The notes under the pieces: generated by a model | What the model was told of the DNA's origin: nothing | Databases searched by the model: none | Seen by the model: the letters and a program-made list of their open reading frames with translations, nothing else | Assembly: GCA_022813965.1 (NCBI GenBank) | Contig: JALDZS010000191.1 | Location: forward strand, 1 to 44,179 | DNA: 44,179 nucleotides | Direction: 5' to 3' | Origin: Toensbergia leucococca | Taxonomy: Eukaryota | Made by a program: the position numbers and the translations under genes | Shown here: piece after piece, positions 1 to 12,059 of the stretch | How the letters are laid out: the number at the start of each line of letters is the position of its first letter | Numbering within the stretch: the first letter of the stretch is position 1

Positions 1-2
1 AT

Positions 3-1004
3 CAACCTATCGGAGGTCCAACCCTCTGCGAAGGAGTTGTAGACCGTGAGGTCGAGGGAACACTCCGCTTTGCCCAAGGTTTTCGGTCAATAGGTCTCCC
101 TGTTCCTGGAGAGCAAAGGACAATGATGGATGCACAACGAAGCCAAATGGATGAAGAGCGCTTTCGTACGAAACCGAAAAGCAAGTTTTCGAACTTTGAC
201 GAAAGATGCCAGTCAATCATCTCGCCAGGCACCTTTTACGGTCACAAGAGATGGGAGAATAGGCAACCTCAAATTCAACTTACCCCCCCTTCGTCTTCTC
301 CACCGAGGAAGATCTCGTTGAACAGTGAGCAGAGACACAAGGATATGATGACTAGACCCGAAGACGATGGCGAGAAATCATTGAAGACGCCGCAATCAAG
401 ATTAAAATGTACACCTCGAACTTTATTACTAGAGGACGATAACATGGAAGATCTTGAGAACACTTCCACGCCAGGTTCCGCCGGCGAACGCGGACAGGAT
501 GTTGCCGTAAGCCCTATGCTTGGGTCTCGGATACGAGCCATGGCAACGAGCGGAATCGAGTCTTCAACACAAAGTCCAGACAGTACTCGCAAACGTCAGG
601 TACAAAAAGACGATGATGGTCCTGACCCTAAAAGAACCGAGATACCGGAGACTCCGGTCAAACGACGAATGCTCGCATCGGGCAATGTCCAGGGTACTGA
701 AGCGGCAAAAGCAAAGGTACTAATGAAGCCGAAGACACGAAAAGAAGGGAGGAAGGTTTCTCGGAAACATAGCGATTTAGAGCTCATCGAAATCTGTAAA
801 AAAGTGGACAAAGATCATCGATATTCCGAAGCTCCTCGTGCTTTCACACAGAACGGTCATCTGCGGCATGGGTACCGCTGGCTACTGAAGATTGGGGAAT
901 GGAGCGAGGTCGAAATCAGTCGACTTTTCACCAAGCAGAATTTGGAATTACTGAGAACACAGTTGCCCGAGTTTCGACAGCCGAGTGTAGAATTAGGGGG
1001 ATGA
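3..1004 (+). CDS. Hypothetical low-complexity protein, probably 5'-truncated by the window edge
   Basis: The frame of ORF 123..1004 is open back to position 3. Product is S/P/K/R-rich with a more ordered C-terminal ~70 aa; no recognised domain. Confidence 0.55.
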   Translation, partial: QPIGGPTLCEGVVDREVEGTLRFAQGFRSIGLPVPGEQRTMMDAQRSQMDEERFRTKPKSKFSNFDERCQSIISPGTFYGHKRWENRQPQIQLTPPSSSPPRKISLNSEQRHKDMMTRPEDDGEKSLKTPQSRLKCTPRTLLLEDDNMEDLENTSTPGSAGERGQDVAVSPMLGSRIRAMATSGIESSTQSPDSTRKRQVQKDDDGPDPKRTEIPETPVKRRMLASGNVQGTEAAKAKVLMKPKTRKEGRKVSRKHSDLELIEICKKVDKDHRYSEAPRAFTQNGHLRHGYRWLLKIGEWSEVEISRLFTKQNLELLRTQLPEFRQPSVELGG

Positions 1005-3878
1005 GCTAGAATACCAGTTGCATCAGCTAAGTCTGTTCTGATTTGAGCATCAGCGGAACATCACAGTCTATGTTGTGGCATGGAAGGGAGACTCGGGTAA
1101 CAATGGAGTCAGGTCTCTTTTGAGCACTGCATGTCAAGTCCCAGTGTCTTTCGATTGACTCTCGTTCCACGTCTTTCGAAAGAGAGCATCATGCTCGCAT
1201 AATTTTATCGTCCTTTTCCTCGGCGTTGTGCTTAGGCAGGAAGGCTTCGTAAGTCTATCTGAATATATCTTTCGATTGTCCTTTGAAAGCGTCGGATTCA
1301 TCTTGATACAGATTGGCCGTCAGATAGTTAGATTTCTTGTATATAGAGATTCATCAAATATTCGACTTGAGGGTTGGTGGTGGTGGAACAGGACAATTAA
1401 CGTCATCATTTGATACAGTATTGAAATGAAAGACCACCAAGATTACTTGCGTTACCGGAACCAATACATGCACTAATCTGCCAATGGCCTGTCTCCTGTC
1501 TTCTGTCTAGCTAATTAGGGGGAGGGGGTGTCCCAGTATTTCCAGACATGTCAACGATCAAAAGCGTGCGTCGTGCCTCAGTAGCTAAGTACGAGTCCTT
1601 GATATTCTAGCGTCGACGGTACAGAACCTGAAATCAACCATTTTCAAAAGAGTAATAGGGTATTGCCACATAGCGACAAGCATCCTCCATGCTGACGTCT
1701 TCTTATTTCACTTCATCTTGGTAGAAGCATAGATTGGGTCCTAAGCAAAAGACGAGACGAAAGATCACAGCCTATATGGTGACACGGAGCGTCTCAACAA
1801 TGGTCGATGGCCCGAAACAGTATTCAATTACCAACATGAACACAAAGATCAAGTACTTGTGTTTTCAACCGACAGGACACGCTTTGATTCTCGGAACAAT
1901 CTCTTCAGTCTATGTATTCAATTTACATGGTCTCTTTCCCTTCCTCCCAAATGACCTGCATTTCATCCGATCAAAGAGACATAATTCGAGTACGCTTGAT
2001 CACTGATCTTCGACTCTGTAGCTTTTCCTTACAATATTCACCATGGACCCTTGAGACCCTAGCAGTACCCTACAAGTCTTCCCTTCTTTATTTCATAATT
2101 GAATCGGCATCCTCCCTCTCCCTAGACCCTCTTGAAGCAGCTAGACACAGAAGGCTGCTACACACCTCTCAACGCGATTGATCACCTCTGAGAAATGGAA
2201 AAGCGTCTGACAATATTCATACTAAGCTGAATTAAAGTTCTATCAAGAAACAAAGGAATCTCATACACTTTCTTTTTTTCAAACTTCAGACCACCATCAT
2301 CAAAACGCACGACTTTCTCCCTCCTCATTGAAACAAAGTCAACATCCACCCGGAGTTGAGAGGCTGCTCCTACAAACACACCTCCGCAAAAATCGTCCGT
2401 CTTCAAGGGACAAATCCTGTCAGTTGACTCAATTGTCTATCCAAGCCCTCATCCCCTCAGTGGCATGGTAAGATAATCCAACATTTGTAGTAGCTTAATT
2501 GATTGAGCACCGGCGGACATTTCTCTTCTCTGACAGAGAAACTCTAGCCTCCATCCCAATGTTCTGCTCCCCACGGCCGTTAAAGAAGTTTCCGTTCCGA
2601 GATGGTTCGGGGAGCGATACAGTGCGACGAATGAAGGATGGAGCTGAAACATTAGGTTCCGCGATGATAGGCGATGCTGAGAGTGTGTGAGGTGGCGTGA
2701 CGAGGCACAGCTCAACAAAATGGGGTTCCGGTATGGTGCTGAACTGGACTGGCGGGTAAGAGTACACGGGAACGCGTTTTACATTCCCTCGACATCGCGA
2801 AGAGCCAGTAGAGTAGGTGGGAGATGACGACAGTATTGACTTCTTCATACCTACCCAAAGACGACAAGGATGGTGGTTCTCTTCAGCTTCAGCTAAAGAC
2901 GGCAAACGAAGTCAAGAACTGTTCTCGATCGAGTCTGTTTGGCTGGCAAAAAGAGAAACAGACAATCGGCAGCGCCTGTCTGTTATATACCCTTGGAGAT
3001 ACATCTCTCTTTATGCCGGAGCTGAGACTTTTATCGAGAATACCTGCGAGACGAGGTCTTAGGGAACAAAGGGTCTTTGTCTCAATAATGGACGTTTCAA
3101 GACCATTCTTCCTTTGAGCTCTAACAATGACTTTTAGCACGATTGACCGGTGTCCGGTGACGCTGATGATTGAAAGTCGGTCAGGGAGATTGTGAACATG
3201 TTGTACTACATGATTAATGGTTTCAATCAGGAGATTTTCCTTTCTTGAACTGTATTTGTACGCTACTCATGTAGAAATCTCAACATGTAGGTAAGGTACA
3301 TGTTCTTCTAGACACTTTTATGCATGAATTATTTTGATACTCTCGTGATGAATTACCTTTTCGTTCATGAATTGAAATACGACAGAAGAGTATCATTGAC
3401 TCTTAAAAAGTTCATATTAAAAGCCTCACAGTGATTGTTGATGTGATGCCCCTTTCTTCAGACTTGAACACATAATGACTTGTTTCATTTATGCAGTAAC
3501 ACATCACACTGAGTGGCATTGATTTATCTATGAAGCACCAATCACTTGAGGTTAATATCAGAAAGGTTTCAGCTTACTTATCAGATTTAATCGATTTTAG
3601 TGTGATGCTATTGTTCATGCCTGAGTAAATACGAGCAATGATACCCGTAGAATACTGTAAACATCAGAACTACTCGTATTGTAATCCTTCCTGTTACCAT
3701 GCTCCATCTTCAGTCCTCGGGTGGGATTACTTCCATTACTTGACAACATGTCTTTGCCACACATTGCCCAAGTATACTGTTCATCTCAGCGTCGTACAGA
3801 ATCATGACTATCGTCGCAACATGACTTGACCTTTCTGGGGCTGGGTCCTCCAACCCTTCCTCTCCCTGATGCTGCACA

Positions 3879-6800
3879 ATGACTGTGGACGCTGGCACAG
3901 TCTCTGCAATCGCCGCACTCCTAGTCGCACTTATAGCCTTGGTAGTGACTCTTGCTCAGACGATTCAGCAATACTTTGTAACTGGCCAGCTAATCCGAAC
4001 ATGCGATTCTGTCGTGTATGGCCGAATGCCAGGTCAAGGCCGTCGTGTCTGGGAACTTTCTCAATTTCGATTTCGCGTCGTGTATTCCATTCCCCAAATC
4101 AGCCTACCCTCTAGTCTTTGGTTGAGTATCTCCTCTCATTCTTCGCCGGATGCAGAAGGGTATCTTCCTCTTCCTGATCTTCGTCCCTCGAATGTAAGAT
4201 TCGCTGTAAAGTCTCTGCAAGTGATGACAGTCTAATTCTTCAAGTCAGCCCAAAAGCTTGCCTGCTTCTGGAGAGGCTTCTTGGGTGTCTTTCACTCGAG
4301 CCATACAATTCTCGAGCGGAAAGTCGTTGCGATATGAATTAGTTGAGGGCGATGCAGACCGCTGTCCACTTGATCTCCCAGTCGTACCCATGCAGCTTTC
4401 CATGCGGGACGTTGTCGCAGTGGCCATGATGGCTGGAATGGAGTGTACAGATGTGTCTTTTCAACTCCAGTCGCTTTCAATGCAGGGTACCGCCGGCACC
4501 ATCACAACCTCCCGTCATCCTGTACTGGGTGCTCTGATTCACTTTGCACCAAAACGACCACGAGATGAACATGGTCTTCGGATAGATAATGGGACTATCA
4601 AGCCTCACTGGATGGTCCGATTGTGGGACGTTGTGGTAGTTGCCGGCTGTCAGTATGATGCACGTGACAGGAAGCATTTTGAACAAGATGAAGGACCATG
4701 GGTTAAATTATCAGGCCATCGAACCGTTGTGGACTTGGACAATTTGGACCCTCACAAACACATTTTAAAGACCACGACCCTTAGAAGGCGGCAGTGTGCA
4801 GGTTCATCTTCCACTACTCTGCGTCGCCAAACCAGTGGTCTCATCGTTGAGAATGTTTCAGGGATGTCACACGACGAAATACTGAAAGGTAGCGGGACCG
4901 ATTCCTCGAGGATTTTGCTACATCGACCACAAGATGGAGATTGGTCATTCATAATCGGGATACATGACAATAGTATTTCGTCTCCCGTTCACCAAGACCC
5001 ATTTCTGCGAGCACCAGAAGGCGCCCAGACTCATCATTCATCAAACCATAGATTGCTTCAAACTATTCTATCTTTATGGCGGCATATATTCTTTGGCCAC
5101 GATTTGTCGGGTTCTGTCTCGGAGAATAGTATTTTACCTATATCGGAGCAGAAGAACGGGAACAGAAGTTTGTCCAATTTATCGACCAAGCATGTAGATG
5201 ATCAGTACCTCACAGAAATAGCTCATTCAAAATCAAGTACACCCCCTGATCCTAGAACAGCGACCAATTACCGGAGGCGAACGAAAGGTTTTCCTAAAGG
5301 GAAAGATCTCCAAGCTTACATCAACGAAAAGCGGGAAGCAACAAACAACCAGCATCGCGAAGATGATGATTATGATTCAATGCCACGACGTCTCCCCTTG
5401 ATGAACAATGAGAGTCTTCATGATGAAACTGAAACTAATCTTGAAATGCTTTCTGATTCTGAAGATTGGGGTACGAAGCAAGAGAGGGATTTGATAATTG
5501 CTCGGACCGAGGAAGTGGTCGAGAAGTGGAAAGGTATTGTGAAGAAGCGGGGAGAAGAACGCAGACGAATATCTCGACAAGATTCGCCGTCTCGAATTAG
5601 GCAGACAGAGTCTAGTTATCCGCCATCTACGAAGAGCGATCGTCGATTTTTTCGTTTAAAGAATGGTCGCAATCACGGGTCCAGTCGCTCACAATCCTAC
5701 AGCCGAAAACAAAGCCCTAGTCTCTTGAATGAAAGGAGCAGCCAAGTAGATTCGGAGCATTCAAGACCTCGGGGCCGCCGACGTAATTCGAGTCTTCGGC
5801 AGGCGGACATGGGCCAAAAGAGTCGCAGCTCGTTGATAGAATATGGACAATCTTCGATCGGTCATTCTCGAAGACGTCAATCCAAGACTACGGGTGACTC
5901 ATTGTCGCTAGAGCCAAAATCCAGGGGCCGCGGACGGGTTCGTGTGTTGTCCCCAAGTCGTCAATACTCCAGTCCCGAGGACTCAACTTTCAGAGGCCTA
6001 CGGTCTGGGACACCAAAGCCAATCAAGGGTGTGCTTCGGAAACCCCGTGATAGGTTCCCTGAGGACCCTGAGCCCACCCGTGAGGGAGTAGCACCTCTCC
6101 AAGACGCAGGAAAGAAAGGAGGAATACCATCGAATGCAAAATGGACAAAAATTGATCGAAGACTTGTCAATCCTGCCGCATTAATTCAAGGGAATGAGCG
6201 ATTTGAAAAGCGACAGGGCTTTGTGATTGTTTTACGGGTTTTGACTAGGGAGGAGGTGCAAGAATACGCCGTGAAAACCATGGAAATTCGTGGTACGTGA
6301 CAGGGAGCAAAGTTGAAACCCGTCCAGTGGACTATTTGTGTCATTCGCCCCCTCTCATGAATCTGTTTCTTGCACAATCTAGATCTCCATCGTACCAAGT
6401 GACTTGGTTGAGCTGCAGATGGTGCTGATCCGTATGAATACTAGGCTTGAGGACACAATCAAAAGCAAATAGGGTTGCCAACTCGATAAGGCTTCCTGAA
6501 GACGTTGACGGCTCTGGAGATTCAGAAGACTCTGAAGCGTCTAACGCATCTTTCGAAAGGGTACCAGTTCGAGTACGAGAAGAGGAAACCCCACCGGCTC
6601 GAACTGAGCATGAGCAAGACTCACTGCATGCTAGTCAAGTCGTGGCCAATCAGGACAAACGTCTTGTGCCATTCCGGGCACAGTCCAACGGTAGATGGGG
6701 CCCTAATTTAGACAGAATTGAAAAGCTTGAGCTGAAAACCGTGAAAAAGGAACCTGATCATCCGGAGGAACCGGAATCGGCTGTCATACATGATACAGTG

Positions 6801-8714
6801 CGACGTGTACATACTCCCGGCTCTGCCGATGATAATATTGAACGAACGAAAGACTCAAATTCTGCCAATGTAGTGGATGGCTCAGAATTTTCACCGTTCA
6901 TGACAACTGGAATAGAGAAGGAAAACAGGAACATTTGGACTCCACTGAACGCGGTCAATTTTGGAGATCCTGATACATCACAAGAGAGTGATGATTCAAA
7001 GGGTACAGGTCAAGATAAATCCGGGGACGAGGAGATTGATATTTCAATCGAACTCAACCCGCAGCTTCATCGTTATGAGACAGATCCTGCGGAGCAGTCA
7101 ATCACTTTCGGAGACGAAGTGCTTTTACTTACATCTGAGAGCGTACAGAAGAAATGTCGCTCGATGGCAAACCAATGTATAGACATAGCAGTAGCTTTGA
7201 AGTTCTTTCGAGACTCTCAAAGTGATGCACGGTACGCGGACGGCCAGGTTGCCTTAATTCATGAAAAAATGCAAGAGCTGAAACATGTTCTCAAAGGACT
7301 TTTAGGTAGCATGGAGTCACACAGAGATCAAAAGAAGGTATCCCAATTCGTGGTTGCCGAAATAGAGATATTAGCCTGGAGTCTACCGATAAGTCTTGAT
7401 GCCCTTGAGATGGAATTTGCTCTCTTCGATGTTGTGCCTATGAACTCGAACCTTCAACGAGACACCTGGGATCAGGTCATATCTGACTTTAAGAGGGATC
7501 ACTCTTGTTCTCTGTTGGATCATCTACAAACGAACTTGTGTTATGCGACAGAAATCTTGAGAAATCTTAAGAACGGCCGGTTCTATACTATTGTGAGTGA
7601 TCGTTTGAAGGCGCATATCCCAGGGATACAACACTTTACTCCAAGATTGCTTTCACCAGGAACATCTGATGAGAGGTATTTGCTCCATCGATCTCGCCTG
7701 TCCTCCTGTGATCTCAATTCTCCTTTGCATCAGCAGGACAGTAAGACTTCCTCGTCGGCTTCAGAATCCGAGTCTCCCAGCCTGGAACGGTCACGCAGTA
7801 GGTTGAGTGACAGCGGCCAGTCCAGAGGCTTAGCGCTGCGGCAGCGGAAAAGTCTTGAAGATGACGACGATTCATCTTTAGATGATACGGTAAGACAAGA
7901 CTACTCGAGCGGAACTCAATATGACTCAACTTCAACGTCGGTAACAGAGCCCAGATTTCTACCCACTGGCGAAGTCAATTGGCTGTGGATTTGTCAGGCC
8001 GATATAGTACCAGGGTATTTTGCCACTCCTTGGAAACACTCATTCTCTGAAGCCGTCTGTGTTGGGGCCATCTCCGTTGTTTTGAGAGGTCTAGAATCCT
8101 TCACCAATGCTTCAACGCAAAGGTACGTGAGAGCACAACGACGCTATCGGGATTGGATCTCAGCAGGTAAAACCACATATCCAAGCTATGCGATCAATGC
8201 CAATGGAGGTGTGGTGGTCTCCGGGACTTATTGTCCCGTCACTTTTGCAACGTTCACCCACTTATTACCGCCTATTGAATTATTGGAAAGTTACGAGTAT
8301 CAGGTTAACAGAACCTTTCTTCAAGACAAGGAAACAATCTTGAACAGCATAGCGGAACTGATGGGCTTGGATAGTTGGCTCTCTCTTAGTGGCCGCTTGC
8401 CCGAGATCTACAGCGGTCCAAGCAATCTTCTTCGTATGCTGCCAACATTGATGCAGCAAATCATGACGGATTTTGAATACGAATTTTCAAATCTCGACCG
8501 CTCTTTCAATGATGGAGGATTTCAGATCATTCAATCCATTGCCGATAGTCTGAAGCAAGCGCTGATGGATCAAGAGTTGTCTGAGTCAGAGCAGCTTTTC
8601 TTTATGGTAGCACTTCTCAGGGCTGCGAAGACGGCATTGTGTGTGGTTCATGGTCCAGACACGGGCAAGCTTCGTGAAGTCTTTCTTCATGATGTTCAGG
8701 TTTATCTTGCCTAG
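3879..8714 (+). CDS. Large (~1540 aa) modin-like multidomain protein; exons 3879-4193, 4249-6292, 6445-8714
   Basis: Introns 4194-4248 (GTAAGA..CTAAT..CAG, phase 0) and 6293-6444 (GTACGT..GCTGAT..TAG, phase 1) join three ORFs in frame. N-terminal TM segment followed by QQYF..C..RFRVVY..P and ASWV resembles fungal modin-like proteins. GIPSNAKWTKIDRRLVNPAAL..ERFE..VIVLRVLTREEVQ is a conserved fungal domain. Confidence 0.75.
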
Positions 8715-9489
8715 TATGGCACCATCTGAATAAGTAAGTATTCTACTCCTATCAGAGAGTCTCCAAAGTTTTCACGTCGACAGTCTTCAAGGGCGAGGGG
8801 ATCGCTTGGCAATGCCTAGGAAAGATCATGTAAGATGGTTTGACTGATCTGTAGCTGTGTAATTCATTCCCAGAGTGATACATTCAACCGATTTGTGCAT
8901 CCTAGTTGTTGATCTGGCTTTGTGCTCAGACAAAACCCACGATTCTCAAGGTAAGCAAAGCTTTCTTTTCTTTCAAACATCATGAACTATCGTTTACTGT
9001 AAGACGAGTTCCCTGATCATTTGATCAACTTTTATTTTTCCGAGTTCAGCACAATTCCTCTACTCAATCACTTGAGCAGAAGCGTCATTATAATAATATG
9101 TCTGTCAGACACATGCACGTCTGCTCCTCTAGCGCCTTATATTGCATCCCAATTTTCTTCTTCAATGCCCGAGCTTTGACTTTAGCGCCCTCTTTTGTTC
9201 ACCGTGCTATACTTGAACAATGCCATTGCGTCTCACTATTAGTGTCCAATTTTCTTTGTAGAGTTCATTGTTCGTTCTTGCCACCAATATTCTTTGTTGC
9301 AGCTACTCCTCATCACAATCCTCGGAATCTATAAATTACTCTCTCCAGGCGCGCTCTTTCTTTTCCCATCACCGGAGATTTAACGACGTTTTCCTGGCTG
9401 AAAGAACGACACCTGCAACACCGGTTACGAGCACAACGATTGTAAAAACAACGGCAACAGCAACAACAACAAATTCGACAAATTCAACA

Positions 9490-10782
9490 ATGGGTAACTC
9501 ATCATCCAAGCGTCGCGATTCGGGCAAATCTGCCACCTACATATGCCCTACCACTGGGGATTTTCTATGGGTATCTTCACGCAATCCACCAACAAATCTC
9601 ACCCACCAAGCTCCCAAACGTAAGGATGATGCACAAGTACGTGTACAGCACTCACCAACAAGCTTTCCTTGCAAAGCTAATGATGGTAGATACTCAGCGC
9701 CTCAAGACGAGTACCGTGCCTTTCCAAAGCGCGAAAATACAAATCCCCTGGACACAACACCATCTCCTGTATCTCCTTTGACCGACTGTTCCTCCTCCAA
9801 TCGTGGATACGAATATCCAAGACGCGAGAATACAACCCCTCTGGTGACAAAACCATCCCCTGTAGCTTCTTCAGCAGGCCGTTCCTCATCCGATCGTGAG
9901 CGCGAATACCCCGATCCAGCGTACAGAAGCCGAGACTTCTACGCAACGAGGAAAGAAAAGCTTGCCAACAGTGGCATACAGAGAACCTACCATCAGAGGC
10001 GCCCAATAGTCAATGGGTTAACCAACAAATCTTACAGAAGCCCCCTCAACGAAGAAGGCCGTTGCTATAAGCAGCCCGAACCCCATCACAGAGCTGCAGC
10101 CGCGGCCATTTCGACCAGCAGGACGCACCACGCTCCCGATCCAAGCACCGAAGCCAGGGCCCGAGAGAGATGCTTCAAGGCCCCAAAGCGGGCCATCACA
10201 ACGGGAAGCCCCCACAGCAGCTCCACAACCCTAGTTCCAAGCCACCACTCGTCTGCTCCCCATAAGAAAACTTCTAACAAGACCGATCCGATCTCCAAAC
10301 TCCCATGGGCCTTCTTCAAGGGCCCCAAACCAGAGCCCGTTCCCGGCGAAAAGTTCCCGCCCCCTAGCATCGGTAGCGCCGAATATGGCCGTTACATCAA
10401 CATACCAAGGAAGCCAGTTCCGTCCCACAATAGGTGCGGGATAGATGGGCGGAGTGGAAATAGGGATTCTGGCGAGTGGATGGGATCGATGCTGCATCGG
10501 CCCAGGGGAAAGGGGTATCCGCACCCGGAAATTATTCCTCGCACGGCTAGTTCTGGTAAAGGGAAGGGCAAGGTGAGAGGTGGTGGTGAAGAACATTTGC
10601 GAGATGAAGGCATGAGGCAGGAGGGCAGGGTTATGGATACGGAGGGGGTTGGGGGGGAGGGGATGATGAAGGGGGATAAATTGTTGAGAGGGAAGAGGAT
10701 AGATGGGAAGGCGCTCTTCCAGGAGAGGGTGGCTAACGTTTTGAGGTTGGGATCGATGTATGATGATGAAGGGGTAACATGA
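9490..10782 (+). CDS. Orphan disordered protein (430 aa) with N-terminal MGNSSSK
   Basis: Long ORF; first ATG at 9490 in ACAATGG context after a CAA-rich leader; internal 93-nt repeat. Confidence 0.6.
   Translation: MGNSSSKRRDSGKSATYICPTTGDFLWVSSRNPPTNLTHQAPKRKDDAQVRVQHSPTSFPCKANDGRYSAPQDEYRAFPKRENTNPLDTTPSPVSPLTDCSSSNRGYEYPRRENTTPLVTKPSPVASSAGRSSSDREREYPDPAYRSRDFYATRKEKLANSGIQRTYHQRRPIVNGLTNKSYRSPLNEEGRCYKQPEPHHRAAAAAISTSRTHHAPDPSTEARARERCFKAPKRAITTGSPHSSSTTLVPSHHSSAPHKKTSNKTDPISKLPWAFFKGPKPEPVPGEKFPPPSIGSAEYGRYINIPRKPVPSHNRCGIDGRSGNRDSGEWMGSMLHRPRGKGYPHPEIIPRTASSGKGKGKVRGGGEEHLRDEGMRQEGRVMDTEGVGGEGMMKGDKLLRGKRIDGKALFQERVANVLRLGSMYDDEGVT
9724..9912 (+). repeat. Two imperfect 93-nt (31-aa) coding tandem repeats
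   Basis: PKRENTNPLDTTPSPVSPLTDCSSSNRGYEY versus PRRENTTPLVTKPSPVASSAGRSSSDREREY. Confidence 0.8.
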
Positions 10783-11066
10783 TCATTAGGTATGTATGTG
10801 ATTATTTGATTGGTTTTGTATGGATATGCAGATCAATAATAGATCTAAAGACTCTCTTTCTTATTCGATGATTGCTGTTGATGAGGATCCTACCCCCGTA
10901 CTTTGTAGGTAAAAGTCCTGAGACAAAAACATGGGCTAAATGAAAATGTGTGTGTGAGAGTTGTATGTGATGGTTTAATGTGAGGGGCATGCATGACTTT
11001 ACGGACTGAATCATGTGATTTTCAGGTTCAAATCTGGCTTCCTTCCTATTCGCCCTCACTCTATAC

Positions 11067-12005
11067 CTTCAACACGTTGAGGGAGCATGATGAAGGAGGG
11101 AGTTCAGTATGTGATATCCGCACCCCTCTCCCCTCATCCTTTGATAACAATCCTTTGTTTTTTTGTTCAAGATTATAAAGGGAGGGATTTTGTCAAGATT
11201 TTTTTTTGGTTTTCTTGATACCCCGTTTTTTTTTTTTTGGCACATGATTCCCTCAGTCATAACTCAACAGTGTCAATCAATGCTCACCCCCATCTCCTTC
11301 GCAAAGTAGAGTAGATTCTATTGATATAGTATATTGTATAATCTGTCATATAAGGTACTTCTCTTATAGTTTGTTCATCATCTGAAGGTCAATTGAAAGT
11401 ATATCTTATACTCCAGTGGTATCTTGTAAACAAACCATGTCTTATACACGGTTCCTCGGGCGAGGTTTGAGCTGAGAATCAATACATTCACTTGAGAAGT
11501 TCATCATACTCGCTACCAACCTCCCTAACACATCCCCACCCCATTCTTTACACATCTACTTAGTCATAGCTCCACCTCATATTCCCTCAAAGGGACAGAC
11601 TAAATTGACAGAACTTCGGTCCTCTTTTTAAGGAGAGATTGAACTAAAAGAGCTGAAGAGACAATCAGTCGTGAGTCAGGAGATGAGAATGAGGAGGAGG
11701 AAGGGGAGAAAAAAAGGAATGAAGAGGGGGAGGAGGTTCAGGTATTTGACACTGACGATGAGGATGAGTATGAGTCAGTCAGTGAGGATGAGGAAGGGGA
11801 GGTGAAATACGTACCTGAGACCCCCCACATGTAAATATCATCTTATAGACCAAAACACCCTCGGTCTCAAAAAGTTGATTTGAAACCACATCTTGTACTT
11901 CAGTAGTATCTTGTAAATCGACCATATCTTATATGACAGATTATACGGTACCTCCGACACGTTGAGGGAGCATGATGAAGAAAGAGAGTTCAGTATGTGA
12001 TATCC
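11067..12005 (+). repeat. Direct repeat pair of ~53 bp (11067-11119 and 11952-12005)
   Basis: ACACGTTGAGGGAGCATGATGAAG..AGTTCAGTATGTGATATCC occurs twice. Confidence 0.85.
11336..11946. mobile_element. Putative non-autonomous DNA transposon (611 bp) with perfect 19-bp terminal inverted repeats
   Basis: GTATAATCTGTCATATAAG (11336-11354) and CTTATATGACAGATTATAC (11928-11946). Subterminal direct repeat 11411-11446 / 11898-11933. Internal broken acidic ORF tail at ~11640-11834. Confidence 0.55.
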
Positions 12006-12059
12006 ATTGCTCTGATAGTGCCTCCATCGTATCAACTCCAACAATCGACCTGATCCCCC

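Noticed and set aside
10960..11040. tRNA-like boxes (TGGTTTAATG..GGTTCAAATC) with a CATGA/TCATG stem
   Set aside because: The T-stem and acceptor stem do not pair; at most a decayed tRNA/SINE head.
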